Assembly (NCBI GenBank): GCA_033763905.1
Contig: JANRJP010000114.1
Location: forward strand, 1 to 20,316
Length of the DNA stretch: 20,316 nucleotides
Direction of reading: 5' to 3'
Source: Gemmatimonadaceae bacterium
GTDB taxonomy: Bacteria > Gemmatimonadota > Gemmatimonadetes > Gemmatimonadales > Gemmatimonadaceae
Shown here: in pieces, positions 1 to 7,921 of the stretch
How the letters are laid out: each line of letters begins with the position of its first letter
Position numbering within the stretch: position 1 is the first letter of the stretch
Translations under genes and position numbers: made by a program
The notes under the pieces: model-generated
Database searches by the model: none
Seen by the model: only the letters and a program-made list of their open reading frames with translations
What the model was told of the DNA's origin: nothing

Positions 1-192
1 GCGGCGCAGTCGCACTTCGTCGGACGGCACGAGATCTACGCGCAGATCGAACTCGCGCGACACAGCGGCATTGGTCTGGGCGCACGGTTCCAGAACCGGC
101 AGTCGTACTTCACGGGCCGTCCGCGCACGACGGCCGGCAGCAGCGAGTTCTGGGTGTCGTTCGTGGCCGCGCTGCCGCAGTGGGGCTACTGA
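1..192 (+). CDS. 3' end of a probable outer-membrane/exported protein (partial)
   Basis: Frame 1 is open from base 1 and reads AAQSHFVGRHEIYAQIELARHSGIGLGARFQNRQSYFTGRPRTTAGSSEFWVSFVAALPQWGY*. It has alternating beta-strand-like residues and an aromatic C-terminus. Its TGA (190-192) overlaps the next ATG (TGATG). Confidence 0.6.
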   Translation, partial: AAQSHFVGRHEIYAQIELARHSGIGLGARFQNRQSYFTGRPRTTAGSSEFWVSFVAALPQWGY

Positions 193-2345
193 TGGCGCTG
201 GTCATACCGCGCGCCTCGGTCGTGGCCGCATTGCTGCTCGCGGCAGCACCGCTCGCAGCGTCGGCGCAAGACAGCTGCCCCGCCGGCAAGACCGCGCTCG
301 TGCTGCCCGGCGGCGGCGCGCACGGGATGGCGCACGTCGGCGTGATTCGCGCCCTCGATTCGCTGGGCATCGTTCCCGATCTGGTCGTCGGCACGTCGAT
401 GGGATCCATCGTCGGTGCCCTCTACGCCAGCGGATACTCCGGCGAAGAGATCGAAGCGCTCACGCGCCGGTTCAACGTGGGTTCGCTCGTCGGTCGCTAC
501 GTGCCGCCGTTTCCACGGACGATCGCGCCCTCGCCGCCATTGCTCGTGTGGGAGGACGCGTCGACTGGCTTGGCGCTCACGACGGGCGCGGCGGACGAGG
601 GGCGCATCAACACGCTGATGGCCGCGCTGTTCCTGCGCGGCAACGTGCTCGCGCGCGGCGACTTCGACCGGCTGCCGATTCCGTATCGCGCGGTCGCGGC
701 AGATCTCGCGACCGGCGGTAAGGTTGTCATCGGGAGCGGTGACTTGGCGCAGGCGGTCCGCGCAAGTTTCGCCATTCCGCTGGTGTTCGATCCGGTGGCT
801 CGGGATGGGCGCGTGCTCGTCGATGGTGGGATTGCCGAGAATATCCCGGTCGCCACCGCGCGAGCGCTCGGCGCCACCCGGGTGATTCTGTCGTCACTCG
901 GCGTGCGCGACTCGACGCCGCCGCGCGTTGGCAGCACCACCACGGCCGTGGCGGGGCAGCTGGTGAGCTTTCTCTTTGCCGCCAATCGCCCGACGCTCGC
1001 GCCGGGTGATGTCGAAGTCGTCAGCGACCTCAAGGGCATCGGCCAGCTCGATTTCACCGAAGCCTCCGTGCGGGAAGCCGTCAGTCGTGGACAGCAGGCG
1101 GCGGCCGGACTCACCGACCTGCGCTGTCTGCCTCGCGGGACGCGCCGCCGCGTGCCGGTGCCCCCGGTGGCCTCGACGCTGGTGACTCCCGAGACCAGCC
1201 CAGCAGTGCGTGCGCTCGTGGCACACGCGTTGACGAGTTACGACGATCAGGGGGTCGATTCCGGCGCCGCGCCGCTCGGCGTACTGGCGCGTCGCTTGCC
1301 CTTCGACACGATTCAGTCGCGCGTGGCGGCATTGGGCGAATCGGAAGTCGTGCGGTCGGTCTGGCTGAGCCCGGCACCGCGCGGCGACTCGGTGATTTTT
1401 GCACCCAAGGTGACCTTCGCACCGCGCCGCGTGTTCGGCTTCGGCGCCGTGTACGACAGCGACTTCGGCGGCAAGGCGTGGCTCAGTATGCTCGATCGCC
1501 AGTTGTTCGGTCGTCGACTGGAAGGTCGTTTCATCTCGACCCTGGGCGAGTACCGCCAAGACCTCACCCTGGCCGTGCGCAACTCGTTCAGCGAGCGCGG
1601 CTATCGGGTGTCGCCGCTCACATCGCTGACGATCGGGCAGGAACGGATTCGACTGATTCTGCCCGCCGAGAACATCGAGGCGCCGGTGATCTTCTGGCCG
1701 GACATCGTGGAGGTCGTCGGTCGGGTCGGCGTCGATTTTCCCTTGGGGCCGAGTTGGTCGTTGAATGGCGCGCTGCTGGGGCGCGGCTATCGGCAGACCG
1801 TTCGCTCGCCGATTGCCAACATTCTGCCGGCCGAGCTCCGTGAAGCCGCGTGGGGCGTCGGCGTGCAACTGCGTCGGGCGGTCGGGGAAGGCGGCACGAG
1901 GCTCGATCTCAATGGCGAAATCACCAACCGCTATTCGGATGCGCGGCTCGTGGTGCGCTCGACGCGCACGTTTGGTCGAGTGTCGGTGTCGCCAATGCTC
2001 CGTGCCAGCGCGGTGACGCGCGGGTCGCCAGCGCAGCTGTTGCCCACACTTGGTGGACGCGACGGCTTTGCCGGGATGCACATCGGCAGCGGTCTTGGTC
2101 TCACCGAGGCGATGGGGCAACTCGATACGGGCCTGCCATTGTTCGGCCCGCTCAACCTGCAGATCACCGTGATGGCAGGGCAGACCTGGGATGAGAACGG
2201 CGGTCGCACGTACAACGAGCCGGTGGTCTTCGGCGTGCGCAGTGGCGTCGGGCTCGATTCGCCCGTCGGCCCGATTCGCATTCAGTACGGCGAGAACACG
2301 TTGGGGCAGCATATGTGGTACATCCGGTTTGGGCGCTGGTTCTGA
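192..2345 (+). CDS. Patatin-like phospholipase fused to a C-terminal Omp85-type beta-barrel (PlpD/type Vd-like), 717 aa
   Basis: Signal peptide ending ASA-Q. Patatin motifs GGGAHG (309), GTSMG (390) and DGG (822). The C-terminus GVGLDSPVGPIRIQYG...WYIRFGRWF is typical of Omp85 barrels. Start placed at ATG 192 because of the TGATG coupling. Confidence 0.9.
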   Translation: MALVIPRASVVAALLLAAAPLAASAQDSCPAGKTALVLPGGGAHGMAHVGVIRALDSLGIVPDLVVGTSMGSIVGALYASGYSGEEIEALTRRFNVGSLVGRYVPPFPRTIAPSPPLLVWEDASTGLALTTGAADEGRINTLMAALFLRGNVLARGDFDRLPIPYRAVAADLATGGKVVIGSGDLAQAVRASFAIPLVFDPVARDGRVLVDGGIAENIPVATARALGATRVILSSLGVRDSTPPRVGSTTTAVAGQLVSFLFAANRPTLAPGDVEVVSDLKGIGQLDFTEASVREAVSRGQQAAAGLTDLRCLPRGTRRRVPVPPVASTLVTPETSPAVRALVAHALTSYDDQGVDSGAAPLGVLARRLPFDTIQSRVAALGESEVVRSVWLSPAPRGDSVIFAPKVTFAPRRVFGFGAVYDSDFGGKAWLSMLDRQLFGRRLEGRFISTLGEYRQDLTLAVRNSFSERGYRVSPLTSLTIGQERIRLILPAENIEAPVIFWPDIVEVVGRVGVDFPLGPSWSLNGALLGRGYRQTVRSPIANILPAELREAAWGVGVQLRRAVGEGGTRLDLNGEITNRYSDARLVVRSTRTFGRVSVSPMLRASAVTRGSPAQLLPTLGGRDGFAGMHIGSGLGLTEAMGQLDTGLPLFGPLNLQITVMAGQTWDENGGRTYNEPVVFGVRSGVGLDSPVGPIRIQYGENTLGQHMWYIRFGRWF

Positions 2346-2365
2346 CATCACCACGAGGACGCACG

Positions 2366-5239
2366 ATGCTCCGACGCGCATTGCTGTTGCTGGCGCTGGC
2401 CGCCGCACCCCTTTCGGCGCAATTCGACTGGGATCACCCCGAGCAGCGCTGGCGCACGATTCGCACGGAGCATTTCCGCATCCACTACACGCCCGGTCTT
2501 GAAACCTGGGCGAAGGACATCGCGAGCCGCATCGAGGCCACGCGAGCCGCGGTGGGACGGAAGGTCGGCTACCTGCCGCCGCAGACGGTGGACATTCTCG
2601 TCGAAGATCCGCTCAACGTGCCGAACGGGAATGCCTGGCCGTCGCAATTCACGCCCGCGATGCGCTTCTGGGCCACGCCGCCGGATCCGACCACCGAGCT
2701 CGTCGGATACCCGGGCTGGAGCGCCATCCTCTCGGTGCACGAGTTCGCACACATCGCGCATCTGATGCGCCCGTCGCGCAAGCGCAACGCCAAGCTCGCG
2801 ACCGCGTTCAACTTTCCGCAGTACGGGCCGGTCGCGCAGGCGGTGCCCGGCTGGGTATCGGAGGGCTACGCCACGCTGATCGAAGGTGAACTCACCGGCG
2901 CCGGGCGGCCGCACAACGTGGCGCGGCCGGCGTTCATTCGGCAATTGGCGCTCGAAGGGGCGATGCCCTCGTACAGCAACCTCGACAACGTGTCGGTGTA
3001 CGCGGGCGGCTCGGTGCGCTATCTGATTGGCTCGGCGTTCGTGGAGTGGTTGCAGCAGCGCGGCGGCGACTCGTCGCTCGTGCACCTGTGGCGCCGGCTC
3101 TCGGCGAAGCAGACCCGCACCTTCGACGAAGCGTTCATCGGCGTGTTCGGTGAGGCGCCGGCGGTGTTGTACGGGCAGTTCACCGCCGAGGTCTACGAGC
3201 GGACCGCCGAAGCGCGTCGACGGCTGACCGCGGCGGGCCTCGCCGTCGGCACGCGCGTGATGCGCGGCACCGACTACGTCGGTGCGCCGGCGGTATCGCA
3301 CGACGGTTCCAAGCTCGCGATCCGCTTCGCCGACACCGAGGGGCATATGGTGGTGCGCGTGGTCACGACAGCCGAGGCCCCGACGGATTCGGCGGCCGAG
3401 GCCGCGGTGGCCAAGCAATTGGCGGACGACCCCGAAGACGTGCGCGCCGTGCGAATGGATCCCGCACCTCGAAAGACCTTAGCCACGCTGCACCCGATTG
3501 CCGGCATCGGATTCGATACGCCGCGGTGGTTCGCCGATCACGAACGGGTGCTCGTGACGCGGTCGGCCGTGCTGGGCGACGGACGGCGGCAGTACGACGT
3601 GTACGAGTGGAATACCAAGACCGGCGCGACCCGCCGCGTGACGCGTCGTGCCGGTGTGCGTGAGGCCGATCCGTTCCCCGACGGTCAGCGCGCTGCCGGG
3701 CTCGCCTGCGGTGGCGGCACCTGCGGTCTGGTGCGCATCGATCTCGCGAGCGGCCGGACGACGGCGCTGGTCGCCGGCACGCTGGATCGGCCGTTCTCGG
3801 GTGTTCGCGTGTCGCCGTCAGGCCGTATGGTCGCATCGGCGATTCGGGTGGGGCCGCTCTGGCGCGTCGTAATCGTGGATGCCGCAAGCGGTGCCGTACG
3901 CGAGATCGGGCCCAACGACGGCGTCTCACGCTACGCGCCGTCGTGGATCGATGACGAGACGGTAGCAGTCGTCAGCGAGTTGGGCGGTGTCACGTCGATC
4001 GAACGCCTGCCCCTCGATGGCGCGCCAGCCACCGTGGCGCGCGCGGCCGGTGCGGTCGGCTTCCCCGACGCCGGCCGCGATGGTCGCGTGTGGTTCCTCG
4101 AGCCACACACGCGCGGCGCAGATGTCCGCGTGCTTGAACCGCGGGCTGCGACCATCGCCGCGCTCGAGCCGCTGCCGGTGGCCTTGGCGCCGGTGGCGCA
4201 GCGTCCGCCTCAGGCCGGCGTGCCGCTGGCGTCGGCGCCAGTGGCGGAGTCCGCGCCGTATCGCGCGACGAAGTTCGGGGCGTCGGTTGCCTTCACCGGC
4301 AACTCTGCGGTCGACGGTGAGACCTGGGGCGTCGGTGCGGCGATCTCCGATGTCGTGGGACGCGTGCAACTTCGGGTGGTGGCGGGCGACGGCTCGCGCG
4401 GTACGTGGACGGGCGGTTCCGCTCGACTCACGTATCGTGGGTTCCGCCCGAACGTCGTGGTGCAGGCGTGGGCGACCACACACGAACCCTCGGGACAGCG
4501 CAGCTTGGGCGGGGCCGCACTCCTGCCCTTGGACGCTGCGTACACCGGCGGTCTGGCGGCGCTCGACCTCGACCGTCGTTCGGTGCACGGGAGCACGCGG
4601 TATCGTCTCGGCGGTTCGTTCGGCCGACTGGAGTACCTCGGGCTGCCCGGGAGCGTGACGTCCACTCGGCAGTTGGGCTTCGGTGAATTCACGACCTCCA
4701 ACTCGTTCACGCCGAGTGCGGCGTTGCGGCTGGGGTACTCACTCGGCGCGCACGTCAGCGCAGGCACCACGCGTGACTCCAGTTGGCAGCGGGCGCTGGC
4801 GCATCTCGGTGTCGACATCGGACCGTATCGCGGGCCGGGACTCGGCCTGCGCGCGATGTATGGCGGTGTCTCGACCGGTGCGCCGGCGTGGGAGCAGTTC
4901 ACCTATGGCGGCGCGGTGTCGCCGTACGTGGATCAATCCGTGCTGTCGCATCGGATGGACAATCCCGGCTTGCCGTTCGCGGTGACGGCAGGGCGCAAGT
5001 TCGCCAGTGCGTCGGTCGAGACCACCGGGCCAATCCGGCTGTTCCACCAGTGGTTCGTGGCCGGCGAGTCGCTCCGTGAGCCGGGCACGCAATACGGCGC
5101 CGAGTTCCGCTTGTCGGTGCCGTACATCAACATCATTCACTTCCCGGGCCTCGAAACGCGATTCGGCGTCAGCCGGTCCGAACGTTCGCGCTACGCGAAT
5201 CGCGATATCGCGTACTTCATCGTGTCGATCGCGCCGTAA
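2366..5239 (+). CDS. Exported gluzincin-like (HExxH) peptidase domain + TolB/PD40-like beta-propeller + degenerate Omp85-like beta-barrel, 957 aa
   Basis: RBS GAGGA at 2355-2359 before ATG 2366. Signal peptide ending LSA-Q. N-terminal WRTIRTEHFRIHY, HEFAH (2738) and downstream WVSEGYAT. Propeller-like repeats PAVSHDGSKLA, PFPDGQR, VRVSPSGRMVA, YAPSWID. The C-terminal third is Gly/aromatic-rich amphipathic strands. Confidence 0.75.
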   Translation: MLRRALLLLALAAAPLSAQFDWDHPEQRWRTIRTEHFRIHYTPGLETWAKDIASRIEATRAAVGRKVGYLPPQTVDILVEDPLNVPNGNAWPSQFTPAMRFWATPPDPTTELVGYPGWSAILSVHEFAHIAHLMRPSRKRNAKLATAFNFPQYGPVAQAVPGWVSEGYATLIEGELTGAGRPHNVARPAFIRQLALEGAMPSYSNLDNVSVYAGGSVRYLIGSAFVEWLQQRGGDSSLVHLWRRLSAKQTRTFDEAFIGVFGEAPAVLYGQFTAEVYERTAEARRRLTAAGLAVGTRVMRGTDYVGAPAVSHDGSKLAIRFADTEGHMVVRVVTTAEAPTDSAAEAAVAKQLADDPEDVRAVRMDPAPRKTLATLHPIAGIGFDTPRWFADHERVLVTRSAVLGDGRRQYDVYEWNTKTGATRRVTRRAGVREADPFPDGQRAAGLACGGGTCGLVRIDLASGRTTALVAGTLDRPFSGVRVSPSGRMVASAIRVGPLWRVVIVDAASGAVREIGPNDGVSRYAPSWIDDETVAVVSELGGVTSIERLPLDGAPATVARAAGAVGFPDAGRDGRVWFLEPHTRGADVRVLEPRAATIAALEPLPVALAPVAQRPPQAGVPLASAPVAESAPYRATKFGASVAFTGNSAVDGETWGVGAAISDVVGRVQLRVVAGDGSRGTWTGGSARLTYRGFRPNVVVQAWATTHEPSGQRSLGGAALLPLDAAYTGGLAALDLDRRSVHGSTRYRLGGSFGRLEYLGLPGSVTSTRQLGFGEFTTSNSFTPSAALRLGYSLGAHVSAGTTRDSSWQRALAHLGVDIGPYRGPGLGLRAMYGGVSTGAPAWEQFTYGGAVSPYVDQSVLSHRMDNPGLPFAVTAGRKFASASVETTGPIRLFHQWFVAGESLREPGTQYGAEFRLSVPYINIIHFPGLETRFGVSRSERSRYANRDIAYFIVSIAP

Positions 5240-5249
5240 CGCCGACGAC

Positions 5250-5282
5250 GAGGGAGTCGGCGCGTCAGTCGTCGACTCCCTC
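5250..5282. terminator. Inverted repeat at a convergent gene junction, probable terminator hairpin
   Basis: GAGGGAGTCGGCG-N7-CGTCGACTCCCTC forms a 13-bp stem with one G-U pair. No U-tract. It overlaps the last codons of the - strand gene. Confidence 0.5.
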
Positions 5283-5927
5283 ACGCGCGGCGAGCCGCCA
5301 CGTGAACCGCAGCCCGAGCGTGCTTTCGCTCCCGTTCCGCAACGGCACCGAGACGAACGGCGTGACGATGAATCCGGCGCGGTTCGGCAACATCAGGCCG
5401 GCGGTCAGCGTCTCGGTGTTGGTGGTCGTCGTGGACGAGAGGCCCGCTAAGGTGCCGCGCGTCCGAAACTGCCCAGCGGTCAGGCCGACGTAGGCATTGA
5501 GCCCCATCGGGTTCATCGGATCGAAGCGATACCCAACGTAGCCGCCGACGATGGCGCCGACGCTCCGGAGCTTGAGCGTCGAGACGTCCGGGCCGTGCTC
5601 ATAGACCGCACCGGCCACCGGGCAGAACGACAGCGCGTTGTTCGCTCGCGCAAACTCCCAGCCGATCAGGCCGGTGGCACCGGGGGCAGACTTCACGAAC
5701 AAGTCGTCAAAGCTCTGCACCAGCGCACCGGCGCTGGCGAAGACGCCACCAGGACGGCCCCCGGCCACCGAGCCGATCACGACCGACGAGTTTCGACCGA
5801 ATCCGGCGTCGACAGACGCCGAGAGTGACGTCGCGGCCAAGTCAGGAAGCCCGCGGCACAGCTGGGCATCGGCAGCGGTCGCCAGCATTGCGGTGGTGAC
5901 ACAGGCACGAGCAAGTGATCCGAGCAT
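5265..5927 (-). CDS. Hypothetical exported small beta-barrel outer-membrane protein, 220 aa
   Basis: Signal peptide ending ADA-Q. Alternating hydrophobic strands (GGYVGYRF, NAYVGLT, LGLRFTW) and two Cys. Confidence 0.65.
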   Translation of the reverse strand: MLGSLARACVTTAMLATAADAQLCRGLPDLAATSLSASVDAGFGRNSSVVIGSVAGGRPGGVFASAGALVQSFDDLFVKSAPGATGLIGWEFARANNALSFCPVAGAVYEHGPDVSTLKLRSVGAIVGGYVGYRFDPMNPMGLNAYVGLTAGQFRTRGTLAGLSSTTTTNTETLTAGLMLPNRAGFIVTPFVSVPLRNGSESTLGLRFTWRLAAREGVDD

Positions 5928-6093
5928 TGGCGGGCAGGGCTGAGGGAGCGCGCGGGGTCACTCGAAACGTGCGGCCGCGGCACCCGGAACCCAAGAGGGG
6001 GATGCCGGTTTCGTGAACGCGTCGCACGTGCCAGCTTTGCACACGGCCCCGCCCGACGGTGGCTCGGTCCGCTTCCTCATCGCCTGCATCTCG

Positions 6094-7785
6094 ATGCTTC
6101 CGATCCGACGTCTGACTGCTCTGGCAGCGTTCGCGCTCCTCACCCCGTCGTTCGCCGCCGCCGCTCCCGAGCGGCCTGCGGCCCCGTACAGCGACCTCGT
6201 GACGCTCTTCGAGCAGTGGCGCCGCTTCGAGCAACCGCCGCTGTTCGAGGGCGCCCCGGACTATCGGGCGGCGACGAGCGCCGCGCGCTTGATGGCGCTG
6301 CGCGACTGGCAGCGCCGCTTGGCCGCTATCGATACGAGCGGTTGGCCGATTCCGCAGCGCGTCGATTGGCATCTGGTGCGCGCCGAGATGTCGGGGATGG
6401 AGTATCACCTGCGCGTGCTCAAGCCGTTCGAGCGCGATCCCGCCTACTACGCGTCGATCAAGACCGACGAGAGCGATACGCCGGCCGAAGAGGGTCCGAC
6501 GATTCACGGCGCGATCCGGCTGTGGCAGTATCCGATCTGGCCACGCACGGTGCTGGATACCATCGCGCCGATGTCGCCGGCCCAGTCGGCCCAGCTCGCG
6601 GCACAGCTGCGCACGGTCGCACCGCTGCTGCGGCAGGCGCGCGGCAATCTGGCGCCGGCGAACGCACGCGACCTGTGGGTGGGCGGCGTACGGGCACTCG
6701 AAGAGCAGACCGAAGCGCTCGACATTCTTGCCGCGCGCGTGGACAAGCGGGATCGCGCACTTGCCGCGGCAGTCGCCGAGGCGAAGGTCGCCACGGTGGC
6801 CTTCACACAGTGGCTTCGCGACGAAGCGCCGAAGAAGACGGGCCCGAGCGGCATCGGCAAGGCCGAGTACACGTGGTATCTCAAGCACGTCGAGATGATG
6901 CCGTTCACGTGGGACGACGAAGTGATGATCACCCGCCGCGAATTGGCGCGGGCCCACGCGTCGTTGCGACTGGAGGAGCATCGCAACAAGGCCTTGCCGC
7001 CAATGCAGGTGGCCTCGTCGCCCGAGGAGTACCGCCAGTTGCAGGATGCGGCGATCGCGCGCTACCTCGGGTTTCTGCGGGATTCGCGCCTGCTGACCGT
7101 GGAGCCCTGGATGGAGCGCGCCTTGCGCGAACGCATGGCGGGATACGTGCCAGAAGAGCGCCGCAACTTCTTCTTTCAGGGCAACCACCGCGATCCGATT
7201 CCGCTCTGGACGCACCTCTATCACTGGTGGGACAACGCGCGGTTCCGCGTGGCGCCGCATCCGAGTCCGATCCGTCGCACGCCACTGCTCTACAACGTGT
7301 GGATGAGCCGCGCCGAGGGTGGTGCCACGGTGATGGAGGAGTGGATGATGCACGCGGGGCTGTACGACGCCTCGCCACGCTCCCGGGAGATCGTCTGGAT
7401 TATGCTGATTGCCCGCGCCGCGCGCGGCCTTGGCAACTTGTACGCGCACGCCAACGATCTCACGATGGCGCAGGCCGGCGACATTCACGTCAATTGGACG
7501 CCGCGGGGCTGGATGCGCCGCGATCCGCTCTTGGGCTTCGAGCAGCATCTGTACCTTCGGCAGCCGGGCTATGGTGCGGTGTACGTGACCGGCGCACGAT
7601 TGCTCGATGAACTGCTCGCCGAGCGGGCGCGGCAGCTGGGTAATGCGTTCACGATGCAGCGCTTCTACGACGAGCTGAATGGCGCCGGGATGATCCCCGT
7701 GTCGCTGATCTACTGGGAGCTGACCGGTGACGACCGGATGGTGCGCGAACTGGAAGACGGCGTCGGGACTTTGCCGCCGCGCTGA
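6094..7785 (+). CDS. DUF885-family exported protein, 563 aa
   Basis: Signal peptide from ATG 6094 (MLPIRRLTALAAFALL...SFA). Mostly helical. C-terminal motifs RAEGGATVMEE, QPGYGAVYVTG and FTMQRFYDEL...GMIPVSLI resemble the DUF885 pattern EGWAxYxE / PGQAxxYxxG / F..+.FHD.+L..G.+P. Confidence 0.7.
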   Translation: MLPIRRLTALAAFALLTPSFAAAAPERPAAPYSDLVTLFEQWRRFEQPPLFEGAPDYRAATSAARLMALRDWQRRLAAIDTSGWPIPQRVDWHLVRAEMSGMEYHLRVLKPFERDPAYYASIKTDESDTPAEEGPTIHGAIRLWQYPIWPRTVLDTIAPMSPAQSAQLAAQLRTVAPLLRQARGNLAPANARDLWVGGVRALEEQTEALDILAARVDKRDRALAAAVAEAKVATVAFTQWLRDEAPKKTGPSGIGKAEYTWYLKHVEMMPFTWDDEVMITRRELARAHASLRLEEHRNKALPPMQVASSPEEYRQLQDAAIARYLGFLRDSRLLTVEPWMERALRERMAGYVPEERRNFFFQGNHRDPIPLWTHLYHWWDNARFRVAPHPSPIRRTPLLYNVWMSRAEGGATVMEEWMMHAGLYDASPRSREIVWIMLIARAARGLGNLYAHANDLTMAQAGDIHVNWTPRGWMRRDPLLGFEQHLYLRQPGYGAVYVTGARLLDELLAERARQLGNAFTMQRFYDELNGAGMIPVSLIYWELTGDDRMVRELEDGVGTLPPR

Positions 7786-7921
7786 GCGGCGGCGGCGATG
7801 GCCGGCGGTGACGGGACCGTGACAATGCGGGCGCCAACGGCGCACGGCGTTTGGTGATAGGTTTGCCGCTGGCGAAATAGTCAGAATGACCGATTCGCCT
7901 GCCACGTCAGTGACCCAACCT

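Noticed and set aside
7773..7793. GCCGCCGC-gctga-GCGGCGGC hairpin at the DUF885 stop
   Set aside because: An 8-bp stem made of low-complexity GCC repeats with no U-tract, which could easily be chance.
7871..7899. Imperfect hairpin (GGCGAA...GTCA-gaa-TGAC...TTCGCC) in the nuclease leader, considered as a riboswitch
   Set aside because: No match to any riboswitch consensus I recognise. An Rfam/Infernal scan would be needed.
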